DNA of 63,746 nucleotides, filler included, from Octopus bimaculoides (lineage: Eukaryota), in the NCBI RefSeq assembly GCF_001194135.2. It is 5 parts of 5 records of this genome, joined end to end, with 100 filler letters (N's around TTAATTAATTAA, not from the genome) between each part and the next. Parts side by side here need not be neighbours in the genome. Positions count along the whole stretch, not along the records: positions 22,051 to 24,082 come from NW_026415273.1; positions 24,183 to 35,179 come from NC_068988.1; positions 35,280 to 57,612 come from NC_068985.1; 2 more parts are not named here. One strand, 5' to 3'. The notes beneath the pieces were generated by a model. That model did not search any database. It had not been told where the DNA came from and saw only the letters and a list, made by a program, of their open reading frames with translations. This document shows, one piece after another, positions 22,795 to 37,862 of the stretch. The position numbers were made by a program, and so were the translations under genes. Each line of letters starts with the position of its first letter. The first letter of the stretch is position 1.

Positions 22795-23857
22795 NNNNNN
22801 NNNNNNNNNNNNNNNNNNNNNNNNNNNNNNNNNNNNNNNNNNNNNNNNNNNNNNNNNNNNNNNNNNNNNNNNNNNNNNNNNNNNNNNNNNNNNNNNNNNN
22901 NNNNNNNNNNNNNNNNNNNNNNNNNNNNNNNNNNNNNNNNNNNNNNNNNNNNNNNNNNNNNNNNNNNNNNNNNNNNNNNNNNNNNNNNNNNNNNNNNNNN
23001 NNNNNNNNNNNNNNNNNNNNNNNNNNNNNNNNNNNNNNNNNNNNNNNNNNNNNNNNNNNNNNNNNNNNNNNNNNNNNNNNNNNNNNNNNNNNNNNNNNNN
23101 NNNNNNNNNNNNNNNNNNNNNNNNNNNNNNNNNNNNNNNNNNNNNNNNNNNNNNNNNNNNNNNNNNNNNNNNNNNNNNNNNNNNNNNNNNNNNNNNNNNN
23201 NNNNNNNNNNNNNNNNNNNNNNNNNNNNNNNNNNNNNNNNNNNNNNNNNNNNNNNNNNNNNNNNNNNNNNNNNNNNNNNNNNNNNNNNNNNNNNNNNNNN
23301 NNNNNNNNNNNNNNNNNNNNNNNNNNNNNNNNNNNNNNNNNNNNNNNNNNNNNNNNNNNNNNNNNNNNNNNNNNNNNNNNNNNNNNNNNNNNNNNNNNNN
23401 NNNNNNNNNNNNNNNNNNNNNNNNNNNNNNNNNNNNNNNNNNNNNNNNNNNNNNNNNNNNNNNNNNNNNNNNNNNNNNNNNNNNNNNNNNNNNNNNNNNN
23501 NNNNNNNNNNNNNNNNNNNNNNNNNNNNNNNNNNNNNNNNNNNNNNNNNNNNNNNNNNNNNNNNNNNNNNNNNNNNNNNNNNNNNNNNNNNNNNNNNNNN
23601 NNNNNNNNNNNNNNNNNNNNNNNNNNNNNNNNNNNNNNNNNNNNNNNNNNNNNNNNNNNNNNNNNNNNNNNNNNNNNNNNNNNNNNNNNNNNNNNNNNNN
23701 NNNNNNNNNNNNNNNNNNNNNNNNNNNNNNNNNNNNNTATATATGTATAGATATATATATATATGTATAGATATATATTTATACATATTCAAATAATTAC
23801 ACACTCGTTATACACACCCACACAACAGACATGCAGATAGACAAACAGTCACACAGG

Positions 23858-23917
<60 letters not shown>

Positions 23918-24270
23918 TTTCTTAGGAACATGTGTGCGTATGCGTGTGCGCAGGCGCGTGTCTGTGTGTTTCGAAAACTGGTATGATTTCAGAAGTTCTT
24001 TGGCGATCTTTGAATATTTGATTGGCTTCTACAGTATAATATTTGGGGTATATGTGTTTTTCCGACAAATTAAGTTTAACTGNNNNNNNNNNNNNNNNNN
24101 NNNNNNNNNNNNNNNNNNNNNNNNNNTTAATTAATTAANNNNNNNNNNNNNNNNNNNNNNNNNNNNNNNNNNNNNNNNNNNNGACACACGACTGTGTCCT
24201 GTTTGCCAAGGGAAGTTATCCCTCTCACCACGATCTGCATATATATATATATATATATATACATATATAC

Positions 24271-24430
24271 AACAGGCTTCTTTCAGTTTCCGTCTACCAA
24301 ATCCACTCACAAGGCTTTGGTCGGCCCGAGACTATAGTAGACGACACTTGCCCAAGGTGCCACGCAGTGGGACTGAACCCGGGACCATGTGGTTGGTAAG
24401 CAAGCTACTTACCACACAGCCACTCCTATG
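24271..24430 (-). mobile_element. SINE family A, 5' half
   Basis: Reverse complement of the head and CORE-like region, near identical to 45321-45480. Confidence 0.9.
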
Positions 24431-24449
24431 TCTATATATATATAATTTT

Positions 24450-24690
24450 CTCTTCTTTTATGGGTTTCAGTCAGAGGCTGAGGCCATGCTTCTGCATCGC
24501 CTTCACTGCATCCGGGGATTTTTCCAGTATTTCTTCTGGAGAAGTAGCGAGTTGGACGTTGCTGCTCTTCATTGTGCCTCCTGCCGCGATGTGGGCTCAT
24601 CCGGTATTGAAGATAAAACACTGCCTATAGTGTTTTTGAAAACCTCCATTTCTAAACCTTACAGATACCTGATGTTCTGTGGTAGCTCAT
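24450..24690 (-). mobile_element. 3' end of a CR1/L2-group LINE
   Basis: Minus-strand translation LPQNIRYL*GLEMEVFKNTIGSVLSSIPDEPTSRQEAQ*RAATSNSLL matches the LP..IRN...FK..LD..L..IPDEP...RAA.SNSL C-terminal signature. Clade assignment is from memory. Confidence 0.7.
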
Positions 24691-24728
24691 TAAAAACATA
24701 TATTTATTGACACTCACACATACACACA

Positions 24729-24766
<38 letters not shown>

Positions 24767-25322
24767 CACACACACACATACACACACATACACACACACA
24801 TACCTATCTATCTCTGTATATAGGGGTTGGGGGCTTCTTGCATTCTTTCATATTACATAATTAAATGTTTGCCAAATCTTTGATATTGCCCTTCTTTTTA
24901 AATATTTTACCAATTTTGGTAACATTTGTATGGAAAGTGCATGCTTAACATTTGTGTATGTTGGTTACAATGAAATTATAATTTTAAGGAAAATATGTAA
25001 TATCTTCATTAATATGTTCCATTGTAAACATTTGAAAATAACTGGTGTAATTTTTGCCTTAGGTAATATTTTTGCTTCTCAACAACGAATGGTATTACTG
25101 TTGAGCAAAGAAATGCTGTGATGACTAATGCATTTTTATATAAGGAAGGATCAAGATTTTATTTACGTTCATGTTATTCCTTAGATTACGAAAGTAGAGG
25201 TTTCTAATGAACTTCAGTTTATCCCTTATCAGAACAAGAATGTCATGATATAATTTGTTGAGTTTTATTCAGTCAATGTTCAATGTGATATATAGCACTA
25301 AGTAGGAACAAGAGCTTTCTAG

Positions 25323-25456
25323 AAGGAGGAGGAGGAGGCGTAGAAGAAGAAGAAGAAGAAGAAGAAGAAGAAGAAGAAGAAGAAGAAGAAGAAGAAGAAG
25401 AAGAAGAAGAAGAAGAAGAAGAAGAAGAAGAAGAAGAAGAAGAAGAAGAAGAAGAG
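25323..25456. repeat. (GGA)n/(GAA)n microsatellite
   Basis: Read directly from the sequence. Confidence 0.95.
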
Positions 25457-26127
25457 GAAAAAATTAGTTGTGTGCAAGAATGTTTGAAGAAGTTATTTAG
25501 TATGTGATCTCCACAAAGATTCAATAAAAGAAGGGGCAGTTAATAGTGATATATCGGGCGGGTTTAAATACTCGGAATGAAGTGAAAACATTTCAAAAGA
25601 CTCGAAGCCAATATACTAGCGGAAGAGTTTGAAAGGACTAAGCTGGATGGGGGGGGGATGAGTGTTATGGGATGTTATGCTTTTCTATCATAGTCATTTC
25701 ATTTGAGAGATGAAAAGAAAATAGTTATCGCTCCAATGAATAGAATTCTGTTAATGTGGATAATGAAGGAAACATTAGGAAAATTGGACATCTACTTAAC
25801 TTACAATAACATTCTCTCGAGAATATTGTAAGGTGTATAGACGAGAGTAGTAAAGAAAAGCAACAAAGGGATTTTGACGTGGTCCAAAATTGGAAGGAAA
25901 TGCGACAAGGATTCTGGTATACTTTAGAGTAGGAAAGGAAATAGATTTTGGTGTTCATTAATAAGAGTCAATACGAAGACTAGAAATAAGGATTAATTAG
26001 ATGCTTTGATGTAAAGAAATATATTGTGACATTTTTATTCTGTTTATTTTGATCTAAAATTAATTAGATTCATTTAATGAGTAAACAACATGTATCATAC
26101 ATATTACACTATAAGTGTAAATAAAGA

Positions 26128-26168
<41 letters not shown>

Positions 26169-26888
26169 ATGTGCAGAGGCAATTAAGTATTCGTAAATAT
26201 AAATATTTTTATCGTACTAAACTTTATTTTATAGGTGTTTGTTTCGAAAGGGGGTGACTAACATGAATGTATTAGACCATTTTCATCTATCCTGCAATAT
26301 GTGTCTTTTAAATAAAGACAGAAAATGAAAAAGCTACTGGTTGTCTTACGCATGAACAGGAAGTAAGATTGATAAAATGCTGAAATAACTGTTAAGTTAT
26401 AAGGAAAATAAGTGTCCTTCATTATCTTCAGGAATCGTGTGCCGAAAGTAAAAAAAAAACACTTAAGATATATCCAAAGATATAAATTTAATAAAATGAC
26501 GGATTATGAGAGGTGTTGTAATGGTGTGGAGGATCGAAGAGGTATTACTGGACAAGGAGAGCATATTTTAGGGATAGGATAAATATTTCGGAAGAAAAAA
26601 AACTACATTGAGGGGGAACGAGGTGACAAGGTAAAGACATACACACTCACACATGTATAAAGGAAGAAACAACCACTTGCTAAAGAGAGAAGCCTACGCG
26701 TTCTTTTATATTTATATATGTGTATTTATAACTATATAATTATAGCTTCTTGTATGGATCTAAATATGTATGTAGGTGACAATCTGTTGCCGTTTTGTTG
26801 TCTCTCTTCGGTTCCAAATCTCTCTGTATACATACATACACACACACATACACACGCATGTACATATATATAAACGAATGTATGTATG

Positions 26889-26926
<38 letters not shown>

Positions 26927-28455
26927 CACACATATATAATATATTAATGTTTTTTATAAGCTTTTAAAAAGTATATTATAATTTACAGAATTGTAAAAAT
27001 CGACGCTCCTTACCAAAAACCCCAGCACAAATGCACGAAGTTTGTTCACACACACACACATACATACATACACACACACATATATATGTATGTATCTTAC
27101 ACGTACTACATGCACATATTTGTATGTATCTACTTATGTGTGTATGTTCGAATATTTGTTTGTGTATACCTGACTCTTTCTATTTGCGCGGATGCTGGTT
27201 TCTGTTTGTGTGCCGGATGTGGTTGTAAATGTTACCTGTCAGCAACTGATATTCTTCGTCTGTAGACTCTTCCAACCAAAACCTGATAGTTTTTCTATTT
27301 TTTTAACCTTAGTTCTAGTCGTTTTGCCATCTCTCTAATAACAGTGGTTACACTTTCCAATTCCTTTAACCCGTCTCCTCAACATCTAGTTTGTTTAGCC
27401 TCTCGTCCATCGCGTTCCTAAATTATTTACTGCCAATACTAGTTGATACTTCCTTTCTTTCTGAAATTGTATACACCTAGTTTAAGTTTAAGTTATACCC
27501 AGGTTTTGATGTTGACTTTTTATGCGTTTGCACACACTCTTTTCCTTTCCTAAATATTGCTTGAATAAATATGTTTTGTTAAATTCCAGTTAACAGTGGA
27601 AGGTATATGCTTAGATCCTCCCTCACACACACAAACCCACGCACGAACGCACGGAAAAGCATAAACAAACACACGTACAGGCACGCACACGCAAATACAA
27701 TGACATACACAAAAAACATGCAGCACACAATCCACATGACAAGGGACAGCTCTCACTCAAAGTTTCTTTGAAAAGCGTCCACATCTATATTTATGCATTT
27801 ACATTATTATCTACGCATATTTATGGTTTACTCATTTTTAATTATAAGCATTTAGAATTAAGTCTGCTGTGGTTTAAACAAGTTTATATTGAGTGAGAAA
27901 CAATCACATGCTCATCTATGTCTTGAAGGTGTCAAGACATAGATTATTTTCACCGTAGACTTTGATTTATCAAAACGTTTCCCAAACCGAAGAATAGCCC
28001 AATTTGAAGAAGTATATTTATACGTAAAAAGTATCACCAAAGAGGACGAATTATTTTTTAAATAAAATTTTACAAAATAGGATTTAATATTACAAAAATA
28101 AATTTGTATAACTATATACTGCTCCAGGCCCAGATACATTGCTTTAGCTTAAAAGTTACATTTATACCATAATTCATCTTTCAGCTATTATTGAAATAAA
28201 AGATGTCGCACTAATTTTAAATTTCGTGCATAACTACTAGCAAATATCTATGATTTATACAGTAGGGTCTAAACGTTCAAGGAATATAAAAAAAAGAAAC
28301 AGTGACATATTTCTACTTTTTGAACATATGATATCGAAGAACGATTTCACAAGAATAGACGAACCTCAGTCAGTACATTCCTATCTTCAATTTGGTGAAA
28401 AACACATTCTACAAAGCAAAATATTTAACACATAATCTTGCTAATAACAATCAAC

Positions 28456-28496
<41 letters not shown>

Positions 28497-28902
28497 CCTA
28501 AAGAGAGCAAGGAAGCCACAGGTATACATAATTCTAACATAATTTCTAGAGAATAGGTAAATGAGTATGTAGATAATTACATAATATATTCGTGAATGTC
28601 AGTCTCAGGCACACAATATCGTCTCATATGTAAGAGAAGTCGAATTAATGATTCTAAATAACAAACTGTAGTTGAATTAACTACATAATTATAGAAACAG
28701 TCCTTGGGTATAGTAGAAATCTCTTGTTTCAGTCCCTCAACAGTGTGAATGAACTCAGCCACACAGTAATAGCTACGCTACTTTACAAAATCCAATACGA
28801 TTGAGAATTTATTTTACAATGATGTAAGGATATTATCTTTATATGTAAGTTTTGATCGATAGAAATTACGCGTCGAATAATGATTATAAAATGATATAAT
28901 AC

Positions 28903-29080
28903 CGATTTCAGATTTTGGCACAAGACCAGAAAATTCGGGCATGAGGGATAGTCGTTGACATTGACCCCATTGTTTATCTGGTACTTATTTTGTCGGCACA
29001 AAATGATGAAAGACAAACTCGACCTCATCGGAATTTGAACTTAGAACGTCCGGCGTGCTAAAGATTCCGCCAGTTCACTC
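28903..29080 (-). mobile_element. SINE family B, with internal deletion
   Basis: CTGGTACTTATTTTGTCG..GGAATTTGAACTTAGAACGT|CCGGCGTGCTAA. Confidence 0.75.
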
Positions 29081-32000
29081 ATAAAGTAATATAATATCAA
29101 AAGCTTAAAATAAAGTTCTTGATACAATTGCCAAATATTTAGTATTTTGTATATTTAGTGAAAATGCGACCAACACCACAATTTTGCTAAATGGCGTTTA
29201 AATTAAGTCATTGTACATCACTGTGCGTTTCTATATAAAAACATTATTCTCTAATACACATTTACACACTTTCTCTCACACTCCCCCACACCATCCAGAT
29301 ATATGAGAATTATGTATACATGCATGTAATCGAAATGTGTCTGCATCGATAAGAATGTATTGATGAGTGCAGTCATGACCAACTGGTTTGGCAGCTGTTA
29401 GTAATCGTATTTGATCTTAATATATCGTGTCCCCTCCTGAAGTGTATTTACCATATCCGTGGTCAGTTTAATCATTCGTGGGAACGCAAATAGACTAAAA
29501 GTGACGACTTGCTAACATTGTGATGACAGCCCAAATGGATTGTGCTTGGAATTGGAAAGTTCAGTTTTTTAACCCATTATGTTATGTATAAGAGCTACAT
29601 GTCTCTGACAATTTGACATTAATTAGTAGATATTTATATTACTTTATGTAATTAACAATCACCCTATTTTAATGAAATGTATGATTCCGTATACAAATCT
29701 TATACACTATCTTTCATGTATATTGCTTTATTACGTGTGTATGTAAAAGTTTGTATGTATGTATATATATATATGTGTGTGTGTCTGTTTATGATTATTT
29801 AACTAGAATGTGGGCTACTAGTAATTAGGTTAAATCCAATTAAGCATTAATTGTGAGATGCTGTAAATCACATCACCGGTGTTTGGAATATGTTTATATG
29901 TATGTGTGTGTTAGGGAACAAAACTTCTTCTTAAAGTGAAATTTGAATCTTACGGAGGAGAAAAGTGAATTTTAGTACTAAAATTAAGTAAATAGAGGAA
30001 TATATAGCATTTATGTTATAAGCTAAATGTATGCAAACAATGTATGACAGGAAAGTCACCAACAACATGCGTTTTCAGAATCGTGCTAAATTCAACGAAT
30101 AAAATCAATCGACATACAAAAAAGAAAGAAAGCAGATGCAACCAGTAGGTTTTTTTTTAATGTAAGGTCATCAATCATCATTATAATCTACAAGCAAGTT
30201 CATTGTTTCCAGTTACGATTAGCCATGCGATCTGCAGTTGTTCACGATGTTCCTCATACAGTGATGTATAGCAGAAGTGAGAGAAAATTAGAAAGAAAAA
30301 TGTATAGCTTTTTTGATACCACACAATTCTGTACATTCTGTTCAATAACTATATAAGTGTATATGCTTATATACATACATATATATATGCATATATTTAT
30401 GTGTGTATACGTGTGTGTGTAAATATATTTATATGCCTTTTATAGACTTAAGTATACTTACACACATAATGTATATACATGTATGTATATATGTATATAT
30501 TGATGTATATATTTATATATATATGTATGTTTGTGTGTGTGTACGTATACATAGAATATGTGCGCGTGGGTGTCTGTTTTGCGTTTAGAATAAACATCGA
30601 TTACATTATATAGCTGTTCATGTTATTTATGTGTAGTAATAAATGGGTGCTTTTTATTGATTGTTGAAAGACTTGTAGGATTCTCTGACTGCGAAAGATG
30701 GTTTCTGGTTATTGTGCATAAGAATGTTCACGCGTGCTGGAGATTAACTTTGAAACGAATCATTGCAAATATTGAAGTGGCGCCAGTATATTAAGAAACA
30801 GAGATAGCTCTTTGGTTAGTAATCAATAAAAGGAAAAAAAGAAAGGAACGAAAAAATGATTGTCTCATTATGTTGTTTCCTTGAAGTTGGAAACTGAAAT
30901 AGACGTCTATCAGAAGATAATTGGGGAACACTTCATAGGAAGACTTGTTATAGATTTCTTTTCTTTCTCATTTATTGCAGTTTACAAATTTACATGTTTT
31001 CTCAAAAGCTTCCTTTTCCATGCAAAGTGAAAAATAATTAATCCACCTTCGAGACAATCTATGGCTGCCCAATATACAGAAAATGAGAGAGACAATTGAC
31101 AATGCAGACACTTTTAGCACTTCAACTAAAAAACGTTACTTTCAGCAATTCATGACACTAAATGAAGATATCTTGTGTAGACGTTAAAATAATCGTAAGA
31201 ATTCTTTTGTAGAATATGTAACGATTGCTCTTTAAAAAATGGCAACTAATGTTCGAATGATTTTACAAATTACTTTTACAGTCAAAATTATGGATGAAAT
31301 ATAACTGCTACATTCTTCTCTCATTCAGTTAGGTTGGTTTCTTTTAGTTTGAGACTTACTGGCATTGCCCAGAATGTCTTTATCACTTTGATAAACTTTC
31401 TGTAAACCGCGCATCAGCATAAACCTTATGTGTTACTAATGTAGTATCCAATCGGTATTACTAATGAAGTATAAAATAATACATAAATGGTGTGTATTAT
31501 GTATCATAGCTTAATTGTGTTACATCTCAAGTTTTTCGTATTTCAGCTCTCTTATTCTGGCATCCTTATACTGAATATCTATGTTTATATTTACTTCTTT
31601 AATATTACACTTTATCATTTGGTTGATCTGTCTCGATATTTTCTAGTTAACATTGTAAGGCTACTTAGGTAAGTTATCTACAAAGGTAAACCTGCAGTTA
31701 TTTGAATATGATGCAATTTCTTGATGAACAACCTGCACATAATTGCTGTTAAGTTATCTATGACTGCTCTTTTTGATTCCGCCTTACAATGCATTTTGAA
31801 ATAATCGTTTTGTTAAATTTCTGTTAAGCCAGTGATCTAGAAACATATTCATTAATCTAAGTTGGATTTCTACTTTCATTTCTTAAATATACCAATATAT
31901 GAATTTTACCAAATATCGCGTATCATTACATCATGCTAGGGCTTAATTCAAAGATAAAACCATCCTAAACTATAAACATTTAAAACACTTCTGGGGGATT

Positions 32001-33113
32001 GATGCAAAAGAGATACTGGATACCATGACAAAAGTTTTGCTGCATTTGGGAGGGAGTCCATGGCGTGAGTGAGTTCTCTAACGATCCGAGTTCTTGCCAC
32101 TGAGTGTTTGAAGTACTCACGTGGCAACCGACTACTGGTTGCGATCTGTGTACCTGTAAAGAGGAGTTGCTATCAGCCTAACGGAAGTTAACAGCATTTT
32201 GTGAACTAATTATACACAAGAATATTCGGTTGATTTAGACTGATGCAGGAAACACATGCTCAAGATGCCATACAAAATCGAGGGTAATCCGTTACACAGG
32301 GCTGTGAAGGGAACTACTTTACTATAAGTCTTTATCTGTAAGCCAATCCGTTTGCATAGCAGCAAAAATGATTACACTACAATATGAACAATTAGAGAGA
32401 AAGTCAATGATAATTTTCCATAATGTAACTAATATATTGAATAAATACTCAATCGTTTCAATAACATTTGCCTATATTTGTTTAAACGAATTTTGATGTT
32501 ATAACTTACACATATTGCTAGAATAATTTAAGCTTTTTATTTTGTTACTACATTCTCAAGGACAAAGTTAAGTGGTACTAGTGATCATGATACCTAGATG
32601 ATACTATACTAAATCGTTGGAGGTAGTATTTTGTATCATCAACATTGAAGATGTCCTTCTATTCTGAATAGTAATTTTCTTTCACCCAAACCGATTTCTA
32701 TAGAATTTAAAATAACATAGAATATATTTAAATGTAAAACAACAACGTGAAAGCGAAGAATTTTGATACAACTTTCAGAGCAGAAAATATTTATTTCTAA
32801 ACATTTTTCCTCTGTCATGGATATCAAAAAGAGTAGAATTTAGATTACGTAACTTATTTTCTTTATAAATGAATTTATTCATAACGTCGAGGAAAATGGA
32901 TTTGGCAATTCATAGCATGTAAATTCACAGAACTTGAACCCTATATTTTTTCTTTATCAGTAATCATAAATATTATCAAGGCTAATAATAAATTGCATCA
33001 ATCATTAATTTATAGGCTTCCATTGGTAAAAATTAACAAATGAATTGGAAGTTAAGTTTTTTTTCAAAACTATTTGAGCGAGATCTTACAACAGCCATGT
33101 TACATGCTAAAAT

Positions 33114-33136
33114 TATTATTGTTGTTGTTGTTGTTG

Positions 33137-33224
<88 letters not shown>

Positions 33225-33273
33225 TATAATTATTATTATTATTATTAATAATGATAATGATAATAATAATAAT
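33114..33273. repeat. (GTT)/(ATT)/(AAT) compound microsatellite
   Basis: Read directly from the sequence. Confidence 0.95.
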
Positions 33274-33984
33274 ACGATGGACAACGAAATATGAACAAAA
33301 CTAAGAGACTGTTTTCACATTTCCATGAGCTTAACAAATACAAAACAGAGGCTGAAGTAACAGATATATAGAAGATATAGAGATGTTAATAGATATTTTG
33401 GAAAGAATGGAAAATGTAAAATATATCGAGGCTACAGTGTGTTATGATGGGATAGTGATAAAAGTAATCTTTGAAATACTAGCAGAAACTAAATGGCATA
33501 GGATTATACCAGAAAAGACCTCCGATAATGTCAAACCAACTATACTCTGAGATATACCAATACATGGAGATAGAGAGTTCAAATCTATTCTACAAAATAT
33601 TAATTAACCTATGTTTCAGGCACATGAGAAACGATGAAACTCAAGAAGAAATGGAGAATTGACCCATATATAAAATATGGACGGAAAGAGATTCCTGAAT
33701 GTGGGTTCTCGCCGCAGACACTATCCTTATAATGATTTGCACCATAGGAATGATAAAGCATCATGCAAACAAAAGCATAAGCAAAAGTCTGTGTTTACTC
33801 AAATGCATAGTAGAAAATGGTATGAGGTACATCGCACGTAACATTTAGATAACTTTCAATTCACCAAAACCAAACCATGCCAAACCATGCCAAACCAAAG
33901 CATTGCAAATATCCAAGGCACACACAGTTTCCCTTAGAAGGTCAGTGAATGCAAACTACAATTAATACTAATAAATGATAATTT

Positions 33985-34340
33985 TGATCTCTGATTTAGG
34001 GAGACCACCAGTAATTTTCAAGTGGAAGTTTTAGTTGATGCCATCGTCATACATATTTAACTAGTACTTAGTTTTCCGATGCTGGATTGAAGAAATATAA
34101 AAGTGATCACACCTGTTTTTGGAATCAGATTATTGAGACCGAATAAATACCGTAACGTGTTCTGATGGTGCTATAACTTTTCTGCTAATATGAAGACAAG
34201 GATTTTTAAGAAAAGAATTTTAATATTACTCCCTGGGAGAGTCAACTCGATGACTAAATGTATTTGGTTCTCATTTTTATCTACCCTTGAACAGAGTTTA
34301 AACTCAGAACATCAAGTGGTGAAGTTTAATACTGCATAGC
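33985..34340 (-). mobile_element. Old SINE family B fragments
   Basis: Two degenerate B-like segments (TAGTACTTAGTTTTCCG..; TTTAAACTCAGAACATC). Confidence 0.45.
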
Positions 34341-35300
34341 ATTTTGTCCATTTGCATTACACCTTCGAACAATACAGTTAAAATACGTTAAAATACGTTA
34401 AAAGAAAAAAAAAACAGTAGCAATAGTCGATGGCAAAGTTCTACCGGTTAAAACACACTTCGGGTATTAGAGTGGCAAGGAAAGATATTATTTAGTGGTG
34501 TCATGACCCGAAGAGAAAATATTAGCGTATAATAATTTATATAGGGATAACAATCTGAACTTTGATTTCTGACGAAAAACGTTATTTTGTATATCAGTCT
34601 TGTTACTTTCATTCCATGCAAAACCTAAAGTAAATCCCTAGTGGATAGCCTCACAAAATCAATTGAGACATCTAATATATTTTCTAGTTCTAATACTTGT
34701 CATATACATAGCCCTTGCTGCAGAATATGTTTTCTGTAATTCGACACTTCTCAGTAAATTTCAATTTCTAAATGGATTATAATGACATAGAATTTATAAA
34801 ATGATAGTTATCGATCAACGCGCGCATCTTAATATTCCCAAGAAAAATATTTGATAACGGCAAAAATGGAAGCACATTAACCGTAAGATGTATTTATTGC
34901 AGACTAATTCATGAAAATAGAATAAATCAATTAGAAATAACGTAGTTATTAGTTTCAACACAAAATTTTAAATAAATTTGCCTCAAAATATAGTACTGAG
35001 TCTCATCATCTGTAAATGCTCTGTCGTAAGTCTTAAAGGCACCTCAGAACAATATGCTTGGTGCACCAGTCATATAAACACATACACATATATACATATA
35101 TGTGTGTGATACTGTGTGCTCATGCTTCTTCTTCGCCCCCTGGATCTACTATGCATATATATATATATATATATATATANNNNNNNNNNNNNNNNNNNNN
35201 NNNNNNNNNNNNNNNNNNNNNNNTTAATTAATTAANNNNNNNNNNNNNNNNNNNNNNNNNNNNNNNNNNNNNNNNNNNNATATATATATATATTCATATC

Positions 35301-35336
<36 letters not shown>

Positions 35337-35788
35337 GCTATATTTGTAAATATGCTTTATATATGTCGTTACGTACATCCATACACACACACGCACACAC
35401 TCGTCCGAAAACACACACACACATACACACACACGTACATTTTTATCAGATCACGCTTAACAAGCTTATTCTGTTATTCCCTCTGATGCTATTTATTGAC
35501 CACTTCCAAGCGACTGCATCTATGGATTGAATAAACCTTATTCTATTGAGTTTAAGGTGAGAAAGCAACGTAGGAACTGTCGGTTAGATAGATGCCCTTC
35601 CACTTACAATCTTTCGTATCTGTTTCTACTGCTTCCATTTTGTTTCTTCTGTTTCTCCGTTCACCTCAACGCCAACTCATTGGCTGAATTGAATGCAGTT
35701 CTTCATAAGTATTTTTTTGTTATTGGCAATTTCCGCTTTTGTTATCCTTCTTCCTATTAAATTCGTCCTCCTTTCTAAGTTTGCATTC

Positions 35789-35864
<76 letters not shown>

Positions 35865-36185
35865 CAAANNNNNNNNNNNNNNNNNNNNNNNNNNNNNNNN
35901 NNNNNNNNNNNNNNNNNNNNNNNNNNNNNNNNNNNNNNNNNNNNNNNNNNNNNNNNNNNNNNNNNNNNNNNNNNNNNNNNNNNNNNNNNNNNNNNNNNNN
36001 NNNNNNNNNNNNNNNNNNNNNNNNNNNNNNNNNNNNNNNNNNNNNNNNNNNNNNNNNNNNNNNNNNNNNNNNNNNNNNNNNNNNNNNNNNNNNNNNNNNN
36101 NNNNNNNNNNNNNNNNNNNNNNNNNNNNNNNNNNNNNNNNNNNNNNNNNNNNNNNNNNNNNNNNNNNNNNNNNNNNNNNNNNNNN

Positions 36186-36220
<35 letters not shown>

Positions 36221-37734
36221 CATACATACATACATATAGAGTCTTATTCTTTCTCTTCTTTCCCTCATCCTCTTTTTCTTCCCTTCTTCCCTGTTTTGCC
36301 GACATACTCTGCGCTCTTATTGGCATTGCCTTTCTCAAATGCAAAACTCATATCCATATATTCGTTTGCTAATATTCGTGTAACTACACTTATTTCTCTC
36401 TCTCTCTCTCTTCCTCTCTCTCTCTTCCTCTCTCCCCCACTCACTCTCTCTCTCTCTCACTCATTAACTCTCTTTCTCTCTCTCTCTCTATCTACCTATA
36501 CTATGCTCTCGCGCATTCACATACACTGTGTCTTTGTCTGTATATGCGTGATTGTGTTTATGCCTTTGTGCGTGTGTGTTTGCTTGTTTGTGTGTGCCCT
36601 TGTGTGTCTGAGTGCATATACAAGAAAAGGCCTTGTGCACACTTTTGTATGTGCAGGAACATTATGATTTATTAAGGGCAAGAGATAAATAAATAAATAT
36701 GGACTATGTAATGATTATGTAATAACGATTTCGTATGACAGCTCAACAGAAAAGGATAAGAATTAAGTTGCTAGTCAGATGGCAGCGAACTATATCGACA
36801 TGTAAATACCTTTAAGAAACCGTTTCTCTCTTGTATGTGTATTGAATAAGTGGAAGCAAGCTAACACACTTCTTTTGTTTCTTTTACGCCTTCATCCAGC
36901 ACACATCTTCACTTTTCTGTCAAATCTTATTACAATTCTAAGAATGTTTATGGCCATTGGGCTGTATACCTTGAGTATCTTTACTTTGGGTATCTTACAG
37001 TGTGTTTTCATGATGTTCTCGTTCAAATCCTGTGCAGGTATTACTGTTTGGCCTTTTTCTTCCCTGTGTTTAAAACATTTCAGAATTTGGATTTTACAGT
37101 TTCTGTAAGAGATCAAAAATATGAAAAACATAGAACTATTGTTTGTCTTTTGTGAAACCAAACAAAAAGGTTTAAAATTATATTTAAATATTTGTATTCG
37201 AATTCCATGTTATGTTGCTCGACTTCTTTTCTTATTTTTCTTTTATGATATTTCTTCGAGATATTTATACGAACATATTTCGATCAATTCATCCAAAATC
37301 GTACCAAAATTTGTATCCACCGCTATATATGTAATATCAATGTATGCATCGCTCTCCCTATCTCAATTTCAACCCTTACATAACTTTCCAAACACACACA
37401 CACACACATACGCTCACCTATACGCACATACATATGTATATTCATATACAAGTCTATATATATATATATATATACATACATAGTCCTTTTTTTACATAAG
37501 CACATACATTTATATATATATATATGCGTGTATGTGCATGTATATAGCTGGTCATGCATATATATTTACATATGCTGTCGAGCCCCGCTGCTGATATTGG
37601 GGGGTTGCTTTCTATGCCTTGGCCCAAGCATAGAGCGGGGCTCACCTCTTTGAGATGGGAAATGAATGGAATGCCTGGTGTGTGTCTTTTTGTGGCTACC
37701 CACACCTAAAACCTGAGGAACAGGCCTGGGTATA

Positions 37735-37827
37735 TGTGTGTGTGTGTGTACATACGTATGTGTGTGTGTGTGTACATACGTATGTGTGAGTGTGTGTACA
37801 TACGTATGTGTGTGTGTGTGTACATAC

Positions 37828-37860
<33 letters not shown>
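37735..37860. repeat. Compound repeat [(TG)n TACATACGTA] x4, then (TG)n
   Basis: Read directly from the sequence. Confidence 0.85.
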
Positions 37861-37862
<2 letters not shown>

